Assembly: GCF_963676685.1 (NCBI RefSeq)
Contig: NC_092347.1
Coordinates: 41,416,001-41,480,000, forward strand
Source: Mytilus edulis
Taxonomy: Eukaryota
DNA: 64,000 nucleotides
Direction of reading: 5' to 3'
Shown here: positions 41,334 to 53,300 of the stretch, in pieces
Layout: every line of letters begins with the position of its first letter
Numbering within the stretch: the first letter of the stretch is position 1
Translations under genes and position numbers: made by a program
Notes under the pieces: generated by a model
The model's input: the letters and a program-made list of their open reading frames with translations, nothing else
The model's database searches: none
Told to the model about the DNA's origin: nothing

Positions 41334-44300
41334 ATGTCCGGAGAGAATGGTCAAGATTCTTCAGATACTAACAGAAATGGAGATAATGGTAATGCATACA
41401 CTGTAACTGTATTTTTCATTGCTTTTATTTTATTTTATTTGTTTACTCATTTTGGTTGCTATGTGCTCAAGATTCGTGTTAAACATGATCGTTTAAACAT
41501 CTTTTGCTTCTTGCTAAATAAAGACGGTTATTAAGGCAGCATTTCTTTCTAACCAAAATTTTGTAAACGTTGTGTCGCGTTTTGTTGTTTTCTAAACGCT
41601 ACAAAAGTAGAAACAAATACATCGTTTAATAAGTCTTTACTGACCCTGTCTGAACTTTCAATAATGCATGCACATGTTGTTTGTAAACAGACTTTTTAAC
41701 GTAGAAACAAATACTTAGTTAAATCAGGTTGAAGTAAGAAACACGTGTAGCGTTTGTACTAATAAACGACAAACTGCAGACGCATTTTATCGTTTGCATA
41801 GTTTGTCATAGTTTATGTAAACTTTGAAGACGTATGTTTGAAATAAATTATTAAAACATGTGCGCACTTAGCCTTTTGCATCGTTTTTGTTAGAAAGAAA
41901 TGCACTCTTAATATAAAGGTTAAGGACACATTTTCCAATTTTACCTTCTCACTTGGCATTTCAATTATATAAATGAAAAATAAAGTAAATATTTCTCTTC
42001 GTTTGGCATCTGTAAGATTTATATTTGATCTTATATGCATAATTAAACATTATAATTTTATTTATTTTATGAAACACTTAATAGAAAGTTCTCCTCAAAG
42101 CAACATTGATGGTGATATAAGAAGAGCAGAGGAATTAGTAAAAGAAAAAGAGAAACAAATAGAAGGTCTTAAAGGTAGTTATTAATTTATTTTGTAAAAT
42201 TTTTATATTTAACTTTTTGGTTTTGTTTAGTGGCCTCGTTTACTTGGTTTTAATAAGATACTGTGGATTCATTATTATTCTTTGGATACCAATTTTCGTT
42301 GGTTTCGTGGATAGAGGTGAACCACGAATTTAAATGTTCAACGAACTATAAATTTTCTATAGGCTTTGTATGCAGAGATTTAAAAAAAAACCACGAAATT
42401 AAATGTCAACGATGTAAGTGATCAACAATCCACGAAAATTGATACCCACAAAAATAAATGAATCCGCTGTAATGAGATGTTGGATGTTGAAAACAGATAC
42501 CAAGTGACTATAATTGTACTTTCTGTTTTGGGGACTTCGTATCATACCATTCCATTAGATAAAACACATTTTTTTCTTAAGAACGTTTGAATACACAGAA
42601 CTAAACAAACTTTTTTATATAGTACCCGGAGGAATTATTTCGTTTATCAATGGAGGCGAAAGATACCAAAGATACATTCAAATTCATAAGTTGAAAATAA
42701 ACTGACCAAACTGACTGGCTAAAAAAGAAAAAGACCACCAGACAAATAAAAGTAAACAAAACACAACATAGAAAACTAACGATTGAGATACTTGAACACG
42801 AACTTTATCAAATTCAGTTATAAACGTTGGTACTAAAAATTTGAATCTTAAAGTGATCGCTGAATTACTCTTATCTAAACTCTTAAGAGTCACTCTCTGT
42901 AAATATAAAAGAATTTAAAAAATGTTGGAAATGAGTGGAATCAAGATTTTAACCGTCAGAAAATGGTGATGGTTAAAACCTCCCAAATACACTAAAAGTT
43001 ACGAAACGCGCGTTTTGCTTACATCAAAAACATCACTGGCTAAATTTGTCTATCTAACTGGTCATATTTGTACTTGATGAGCTATGATCAAGATAATGTG
43101 GGTTGTGTGCGGAGCAGGTCTGTTGACCCTTATGAAGCCCTTATTACCTTTCGACTATATTATTTGGCCTAGTGGTCTAGAGCAATGGACACAGTGCAGG
43201 TGGTGTTATCTCGATATTCCAATAAGATTAGTTATAATCCCGCGAGGAAAGAACAAAAACATTTTTTATGCAAAATTGCAGATTTAATATTGTTGTGCTG
43301 ATATTTAGAGTAATTGTCACAGGCACTTGTCTCAGAAAAAAAATCCTATTATAATATATTAATACCTTAATATTAAGGTATAAAGGTGAAAAAAAAATTC
43401 TAAGTGCCTGTGGTATTTGTGTATATATAATTATATTATTCGTCTAAATAACAGCCCAGCAATGTGAGATCTGTAAATTTGCCTTAGTAATTTTTTGTTC
43501 TTCCCTACCGACCGTGCAAGGGCTGTATAGCCAGTCAAGGTCGTTAAAAATTCCATTTGTTTTTCTTTCCTGGCCGGGATTCGAACTCATGATACTGAGA
43601 TATCATGGAACGAAATCGAGTTGCACTGTTCCCGACGCACTAGACCACTCGACCAGCTATGCTATACATGTCTACACTGAAAACAACGTTGAAACCTGTA
43701 AGTGTGCATGTAAAACAAATTACTTTGTATAAGGGTCTCAATACAGCACAAAACAACATTTTCCAAAAGACCAAAAATGTGAAAAGTATAGTTTAACAAA
43801 ACGCATTTGACTAACAGGTCGAAAAACGGATGTTCTTAAACCCTGCTGACTGCCGTTTGCGATTGCCAAATAAATTGATCACCATATGTAACATGGATCT
43901 CAATTATTATTTGAATACCAAATAGAAAACTCGCGGAGAAGATGTCATACCGCAAATTTGAGGTGCATATATGGATTTCGACAATTATTGTCTCTTTTGA
44001 TGAAGTGGTATATATACACAACTAATTTTAAACTTATATAATATATATATATAGGTTCAAAAATGAAACCCAAATTAGATGTTCATGCTGACATATTTTT
44101 GTCTCTCAACGGTTTTTGAACTCGCACCTTTGACACAATACAGATCCAATCGCGTAGCCTCATGTCCATCGCCCTAGACTTCTCCGTATATATATGTCAC
44201 ATATGATATGTGATCAATAATTATCAGCCAATTTCGTAGGTTCATTTTAAACTAACGATTGTCCTGAAATGTAAACACATGGAAACTAAATATTCTTATT

Positions 44301-47300
44301 TAACATCATTTTTTTTTTTAATTTCCTACTCATTTTTTTAAATAGAATATTAAAATATGCATAACGTTGTAATGCAAGTTTTGTGCTTTAATTTTTTTTT
44401 TTCAATTCCAGAGCAAATTATAGCAGCACATGAAAAATTGAGGGAAGTTGAAGAAAAAACAAAGTCAAAAGAAAATGACTTTAAAACGTTTTCAGGTAAG
44501 ATAATATACCTGTAGTAACATCACTTGTGTTTTGCCAAAATAAAGTGATTACAAATTACAGATTTTTTATTTACTAAGCTATATATAAAAGTAGGGGTCA
44601 AAAAATTTTCTTTTTCACACATTGTTTTTCTAAGATTTAAACAATCTGTGCTATCACTTGTTATAAAAGTATTGTCAATGCAAGGTGGTTTTTTTTTTTT
44701 TGATTTAGAGGCACTTATTAAATAATTATATTCAAATACATAAAGAGAAACATTTACAAATGTACATGTAAAGGACATAATGTATGCCTTTTTTAAATTA
44801 ATCGATAAAATATCGGTCATATGACTGCTTATAAAAAGTAAAGAATGTCTTTAGAACTTTAGTATAAGAAATTGATCTACTTTGTCATTGTTTGAAAGTA
44901 TTAAAAGGAAATTACAACTGCTTTGTGATCTTTGTCTTTGTTTGAAGGGTATTTAATGGAACTATTCAATCGTCACAACTCGGCCGATTCCGTACCTCAT
45001 CTAACGAGACGGAAGCGGAGTCACCCGAGGATTGCCGATTGTGGAACTATTCTTATTCTGTATGCCTATTACACGACTTTTCTTACAAAATAAGATTGTC
45101 ATAACTTAAATATTTTTGACATGAATTCATTGGAAGTATATAATAACTTGTGTGTTGAAAAGATAATATGGTTGGTCTCAGTGTAACAAATAAGATACAT
45201 ACACATTGTTGCACTTTTTTGGACGGGTTATGCCAAATAAAAAAGTCGGCTTATGGTATGGTGATGTCAGGTGTCTGTTATTATGGAAAATTCATATTCT
45301 CGTTGAATAGTTCCAAATTTTGCAAACCAACCGTCATTTTTTTGTTTGTTCCATTATTTTTGGTTATTGCAAAAGAAGTTAAGCGTTAAATCTTTGTAAT
45401 TGAATTCATCTAATAATGAGCCAGTACAGAATAATTAATTTTACGATTAAGCACATGTTGTAAGCATATGTAAATATATGAGTTATCACCTAGTTCACAT
45501 GCAAAATTTCTCGTGTCAAACCCGTACCAAATATAATGATTTCTTAAAGTGTTTCCATATCATTTTGTGTTCGGGATGTTCGGTTTTGTTCCGTATATAT
45601 ATGAATATGAGCAATATATTTGTTTTTCGTTTTCCTCGTAATACCTAGTTTCATGTGGATTTTTTCACGTGTGCTTGTGTGAAATATTTGTACAGTCTCC
45701 CCTAAGATGTACGTTTGAAAATCTTATTCCATATTTTACAACATGTCTCTTATTTTTTTTCAGACAAATTAAAAACACAAGAGAGTTCACTGAAGTCCTG
45801 TAATGATCAATTGGCTAGTGCTAAAACAGAACTCAATCAAACCACTGAAAGACACAAACGAGTAGCAGATGAGCTTGGTAACTGACGAAATTATTTACAA
45901 ACCCAATGTATTAAATTTTAAGACATAAAAAAATATTGTTTATGATGTGTTGTCAACTTTTGGAGAAAAAAAGTCGTGTATCTCTTTTTCTCAATATGGC
46001 AGCGGTCCTGTTGAGTGTTTATTTTTCATTTAAACTGAGAGCAATGTGAATAATCAGTCGAACATATATAAATATCTAATATATAAATGTGAATACATTA
46101 TTTATGTAATTCCAAAATCTGAATGCAAAATATAATTTAGAAGAATGGTGTTTTTATATCAAAGTGTAGTCTTATTTGTTTGGATTTATTTTAGCACGAT
46201 TAGACGAAACCCATTCTCTCAACAGACATTTACAACAGATGCTGACCAAGGAGAACAAAACAAATGGCAAGTTTCTTTCACATTAGTATATGTTGTTTTT
46301 TGTTTTATTTTTTAACAAACTCCGAAACAATGGTAGCGTCGTCTTTGCTAAGTTACATTGAAAGTTTAACAAAGCAACGTCACCGCTGTTTTGGAGTTTG
46401 ATTTCCAAACTTAGAATCATTTGCCATTGCTTTCGAATTTTATTAATTGAATTTTGAGTCCTCAGTTCTCTTTAAATTCGTAATTTATTTAGCCTTTTTA
46501 AACTATTTTTTGTAGGCGTCACTAATGAGTATTTCGTAGATGAGACTAAAAGCGCGTTAAGTGTATAAAATTTTAAGCCTGATATGCATGATGAGCTTAT
46601 TGATAAGAGGCTAGAACGTGATAAAGACATAACACCTGAAAACATTTGTATTGATGTAATACATGTATTTGATCAGAAAGTTCGATTTAGTCTTTCAATA
46701 TGATAAGGATTTTAATTGTTTAATTTTATGCAGAAAGAAATGCTGAATGTTAATGTTATTCTGTAAGGGACTTACAGGTAACATCACTGGTTGCTTTTGA
46801 AAACAAAACTTTGAAATTCATACTAGGTTCATTATTATTTTTTTTGTAGAGAAAAAACAACTGGAATTAAACGCACAAAATGTAAAAATCACTTCACTAG
46901 ATGCAGATCGAAGGCAAAAAGAAGGTATTTCTAATGTAAACGGAATCTTCCGACTTTGACGAGAAGAATATTTAGGAGGGGGTAATATGATAAACGATTC
47001 AATGGAATAACAAAAGACATGTTCATGTCGAACCTAGAGATTTCACAAACCTGTTGCATATGATAATATAGTCTATTTATGTGTTTGCTTCAATGATTGA
47101 GGTCTGTGGGCCATACATTGACACCCCTTAATTGTAAATACTACCTTAAAGGTAACTATATAAGTTTTATTAAAAAACTGTCCTAGATAAGAAGGGATGA
47201 CAGCGTTCATAAAAGTGTTTTAACCAGTGCAACATTGATTATGGAATATCCGTTTAAAATTTTCCTTAGAGTTCATTATATTTGTGATTTTCTTTTATAC

Positions 47301-50300
47301 ATAAGGTCTAGATCTGGCATATCAGTAACTTCTAGTACTCCCTTGTTAATGTGTGTATCATTGTCATTTAGCTTAGTTTCTATTGTTACCTATTTTGAAA
47401 TCGAACTAGGACTTCTTTTAAATTGAGTTTTATTGTGCGTATTGCTGTGTACTTCTTTTAAATTGAGTTTTATTGTGCGTATTGCTGTGTACTTCTTTTA
47501 AATTGAGTTTTATTGTGAGTATTGCTGTGTGTTTCTTTATTCTACATTGGCTAGATGTACAAGGGGAGGGTTGAGATCTCTCAAAAAGTATTTAACCCCG
47601 CTGAATGTTTATGTCTATCCCAAGTCAGGGACCATTGTTAGTCGTGTATGTCGTTTTTTAAATTTAGTTCATTTATATACTTTGGAGTTTGGTATTACGT
47701 CCATGTTCAATGAACTAGTACACATTTTAATTTAGGGGCCATCTTAAGCCCACCTACGGATGCGGGAATTTCTCGCCATGTTGAAGACCCAGTGATGGCC
47801 TTGGACTGTTGTTTGTGCCATTCTCTATTTCTATTTTCAATTTTATGTCTCTCCCTCTCCTCGGAAATAATAACAAAAGTTGTCATAAGTTGTTGTCTGC
47901 CATACATGTTGTGGTCGGCAAAGGTTTATGCAGGCCATTGCCTTATTCCTTATTTCATTGTAACTTGATTTTTAGAACTTACTTTATGGCAAGGGTTTCA
48001 ACTAATGTAGGAGGCTGCTCATTAACCTTTATTTGTATACAATCCTGTTACTTTGTTTTGATGTTGTTTAAATGACAATCATACCACATCTGCCTATTCT
48101 TATATCGTAAAAATCATTGCATACTCGAGTTTCGTAGTAAAAAGTATAATTTGGTAGGTCATATAAGTGGTTGGGACATTAGGAGCATATTCGCCATCCC
48201 CTGTGAAACTGGTATTTCATAACTACCGACTTACCACGAAGAGTTGGACAATGCATTTGACTTAAAGGGTCGGTATCCCTCTTAGATCAGCTGTGAACCT
48301 TTATAGTTTTTTTTACCCAACCTTTTTATAATTAATTTTATTCTTTTTTCATCTACATTTATTGTAAATTTGTATTTATATATTAATGGTCATGAATGCT
48401 GTTTACTATTTTCTTTCCATTTTTTTTTATTTGTAGAAAAGATAAAACAACTGACAACAGAATTGCGTCAAGTTCGTGAAAGTCACGAACAATATAAGAG
48501 ACAAATAGAAACTGCATTAGGTAATTTTACTTTTAAGGCTCCTTGATGTATTCAAGCTGCATCTTACATAAATACATGTTTATGTTTTCTATAGAAATTT
48601 GGGTCAAGAAGAAAGTCGTTTTATTTTATTAAACTTCTTCGACTCTTGCTAAATTGAGTCTTTGTATTCCAATAATGTATTATCTGTGTAATCAGATATG
48701 ATGGTCTAAAATAGAATGTCTTGCCTTTTTTTTTTCTTTTTTTTTTTTTTTATTAAAAATCACTTTTTAGCGATACATATTTTTTGTCTAGAATCTACAG
48801 ACTATTTACTTGTCGTTTGAGCTGGAACTTTAAAATAATTTCAATTCATTCCAACAGAATTTGTTAAGCAAGGTATATATCAAAGCATGTCATTTGCAAA
48901 TAAGTCACTATTGTACAATACACTCTTAGAGTTGTGAAACTTAAAAAAAAAAGTATATAGAATAAACTGTCAACTGATTTTTATAAACTATTTTATATTA
49001 AGTACGATAAAGTGAGAGGATATTAAAATCGACTTAACAATAAAATATACATGCAACATACGTTACTAATTTACACAATGCGAGGGGGCAACTGCCTTAT
49101 GACTCCCACGACTATCCTCAATGCAAATCATTATTTATTTCAATGTTTTGTCTATAGGTAATCTACAAAGCAAGCTACAACTTCAAGAAAGAACTATCAA
49201 AATAAAGGAAGAGGATGCTAAATCTAAAAAAATGCACATTGATAAGTTACAAGAGAATAAACAGCAATTGGAAGGTAACCATTGAGAGAGAGAGTCACTC
49301 AGAGATTTTATAATGCTAGTCCATTGCTAAGATTACTATAAAGGAATAGATATCGCCGAACGTTTTGATGCGAATTTCCCCCCGTTTTTTATTAAAAACA
49401 AATATGTATTTCTTCCAACTAAATGTCCCAACCATTCAACCTTGATTCTAGTTATGAAAACGAAAGTTTATTATATTTTGTTTGATGTTATTTAAAATAT
49501 CTTCTTGTCAGAACTTTCAAGAATAAATACAGGATTGATTGAACTTCACTGTTACTTTTATGTTTTATTAATTTTTTTTAATTTCAAGTAATCCAAACCC
49601 ACACCTTAAAGTAGTTTTATCATCAATTGAAAAAATATAGTGCAAATAATTAAGGATATAACAAATGTATACTTAATGTTGTTGTCCTTTTCTTGAATAT
49701 TCGGAAAATTCCAGTACCCAATGGTACTAGTTAACGGTCAATACACTAGTATAAACAATACTTATCAAAACATTGTTGAAATTGTGTCCATAAGTCGTCG
49801 TCTGGATTATACTTAATATACTTTACGCTTCAACATATGTCTTATATTAATACAAAATAACCTGAAAAGGAAATGCAATAAAGTACAATTATTGTCTGGC
49901 GTATAAAATTATAATCCTGGTACTTTTGATAACTATTTACACAACTGGGTCGATGCCACTGCTGGTGGACGTTTCGTCCCCGAGGGTATCACCAGCCCAG
50001 TAGTCAGCACTTCGGTGTTGACATGAATATCAATTATATGGTCATTTTTATAAATTTTCTGTTTACAAAACCTTGAATTTTTCGAAAAACTAAGGATTTT
50101 CTTACCCCAGGAGTAGATTTCCTTAGCCGTATTTGGCACAACTTTTTGGAATTTTGGATCCTCAATGCTCTTCAACTTTGTATTGATTTGGCTTTTTAAC
50201 TATTTTGATCTGAGCGTCACTGATGAGTCTTATGTAGACGAAACGCGCGTCTGGCGTATAAAATTATAATCCTGGTACTTTTGATAACTATTTACACAAC

Positions 50301-53300
50301 TGGGTCGATGCCACTGCTGGTGGACGTTTCGTCCCCGAGGGTATCACCAGCCCAGTAGTCAGCACTTCGGTGTTGACATGAATATCAATTATATGGTCAT
50401 TTTTATAAATTTTCTGTTTACAAAACCTTGAATTTTTCGAAAAACTAAGGATTTTCTTACCCCAGGAGTAGATTTCCTTAGCCGTATTTGGCACAACTTT
50501 TTGGAATTTTGGATCCTCAATGCTCTTCAACTTTGTATTGATTTGGCTTTTTAACTATTTTGATCTGAGCGTCACTGATGAGTCTTATGTAGACGAAACG
50601 CGCGTCTGGCGTATAAAATTATAATCCTGGTACTTTTGATAACTATTTACACAACTGGGTCGATGCCACTGCTGGTGGACGTTTCGTCCCCGAGGGTATC
50701 ACCAGCCCAGTAGTCAGCACTTCGGTGTTGACATGAATATCAATTATATGGTCATTTTTATAAATTTTCTGTTTACAAAACCTTGAATTTTTCGAAAAAC
50801 TAAGGATTTTCTTACCCCAGGAGTAGATTTCCTTAGCCGTATTTGGCACAACTTTTTGGAATTTTGGATCCTCAATGCTCTTCAACTTTGTATTGATTTG
50901 GCTTTTTAACTATTTTGATCTGAGCGTCACTGATGAGTCTTATGTAGACGAAACGCGCGTCTGGCGTATAAAATTATAATCCTGGTACTTTTGATAACTA
51001 TTTACTCACTGATGTGCAGTTTCAATACGACAATAACCAATAAACATAATCGAGACAATATGAAAATAGTTAGTGTTGATTGATGAAAACATATAGAAAC
51101 ATATCACTTAGATCCCAAAAACTGGTACATGACGCTATAATCGATAAAGTTTACATAGGATTGCATTAACTATTTGAGATCGGTTGCTTGAAATTAAAAT
51201 ACACACATGACATACGTCTTGCAGTCTGGATAGCGGCCGAGAAAAGAATAGAAATTAAAAAAGAAAACTTTAATAACAAAAAAAAAGCTGGATTATAGGT
51301 ATAGTACAAAAGTTACAAAGGGTCAGGTATAATAGATCATTCATGAAAGCTGTTTATTTAGTTCTTTAACGTGTATATTGCATTCTGTACCATTTGTTTG
51401 AGATGTGTCTCGAGAAGGTATAACTAGTAGAGCTCAACATTCTGAACATTACTTTCTCTATTTGTAACGGTTTTCAAAATTATAGACAACACTTTACATT
51501 TTATTGTTTGCCATATCGTCATGGTTGGCAGACGGGGCTATCGGACACATTTTATAAACTAGATACCCCAATAATGACTGTGGCCAAGTTTGTTTGAATT
51601 TGGTTTAGTAGTTTCGGATGATACAATTTTTGTAAAAGTTAACGCACGACGACGACGACGACGACGACAGACGACGACGACGACGACAGACGACGGACGC
51701 CTATTGGTCAAGGTAACAGATGATGTAATGTTGAGCTCGACCAGTTGTCCATATACGTAAAAAAAAACTTTGACGACATTTTATGAGTTATAACTGGTAT
51801 ACCAGAATAGTATATTTCATATAAGTAAACAATTGTCATATTTTATTCTATAGGTCAAATAATACAGCTGAAAATGGATTTCAGGCAGAAGGAAATGGAA
51901 CTACAAAAAGAATCCTCAGAACATCAGCGTAAGTTTATTTAGACTTTATTAGTCTTATTTACTGTGCTTTTCCTGAAGGATTTAGCTTATCTCAATAGAA
52001 ATGGCTCAAAAAATAAAGTTTATCAAATTTCAGTTTGAATTCATCTCCCAGAAACTGTTCAACTGTTAAAATACGATAAAAACTTGCTTCAGTGACCTGT
52101 CGTTATAGTATGGAGTGAGTGCAGTGAAATAAAATGTATTAATAAGTATCTATATTCAGTTAGATTTTTATTCATGGAATTCAATTCAAAAACAGTATGA
52201 CATACTATAATATGATATCCTAAATAAATTTATAAATAATGAGTTAAAAAATTTGTGTTGGGTCAATATAATTTATAATGTATAGTTTTGTTTTGCAACA
52301 GCATGCTTTTCTTAAACTTTAAGAATAGTCAAATTATTCGTTTTATAGTTAGGAATAGGAGAGTTTCACCGAATTATATGGGTTTTTAGGTAGTATTACA
52401 TTCAATGTAAAAATTAACTGCTTTTTAAAAGCCTTTCGGCATTTCCTGTCATGAATCCTATTTTAAACTTTTTTTCCATTTAAGAATATCTAGTAAATCT
52501 ACTTTCATCGTCATTAGATTTTGTAATGGATATACTCTATATGTATGGGCATATCATGCGCTCTTGTCACTGCTTTCTTCTCTTTTTATTAGTATTAGTA
52601 TCATTATTTACAGTTAAAAAATCTTCGTATAACACTAGAACACACCGTGACTAAACTAGTACAAGTACTTTCTCCTTTTATTTTGGCTGGAATTTTAATT
52701 TATAGTCGTTTTTGTCATATGAAAAAATCATGCTGATTTTAATGTGCATATACATGTAATTGTGTCTGTTTTCAAAATCTCCAACTGTGAACTCGTCCCA
52801 GATCATGGCTTTCTTACTACAACCGGAAACTACATGTGACATATACTATAGGAATCGGTATCGGATTCGACCTGTTAATTATTGAAAAAAATTATTGTTT
52901 GAAAAATAAACAGATGCTCGTTTTTATAATGTCTCATTGCTTTATCTTAGATTTTTATCATTTGTTAAATAATTTCAGAAACACATTTACAGCTGGTACA
53001 ACGATTTGAAGAAGTGGTGCAGTTAACTTCACAATTAAAATCCAAAGAAAGTGAACTAGAAGTTTTACAAGGTACAAATATAGAAATGCAACCTACTGCA
53101 ATGTGTTGTATTACTGGGAGGATCCTATCACCAGTATTTTACTGGTTATTAGAAATACGACGGTTCAACAAGTAAAACAGGGACTAATAACCCATACGGG
53201 TATATAAATAAACTAATTATAATAGATACCGGAATTAAAATTTTATACGCGTTTTTGCTACAGAAGATTCACCAGTGACGCTCGAATCTGAGTTATACCT

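Larger units (their letters stand above)
49894..51005 (+). mobile_element. Non-LTR retrozyme: tandem array of ~3.1 x 355-bp units, each with a hammerhead ribozyme
   Basis: Period 355 (identical 80-aa pseudo-ORFs at 49933, 50288, 50643). Each unit ends with GCGTCA-CTGATGA-GTCT tatgt AGAC-GAAA-CGCGCG-TC^TGGCGT. Confidence 0.92.

Noticed and set aside
43560-43660. tRNA gene
   Set aside because: A and B boxes are present but there is no proper cloverleaf, and it continues into a SINE body also found at 33897 and 43165.
49933-50885. Three identical 80-aa ORFs on the minus strand
   Set aside because: They start at TTG, have no recognisable domain and are a by-product of the 355-bp repeat. The functional signal is the plus-strand ribozyme.
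49894-51005. CRISPR-like array
   Set aside because: The units are wholly identical with no unique spacers, the context is eukaryotic and there are no cas genes.
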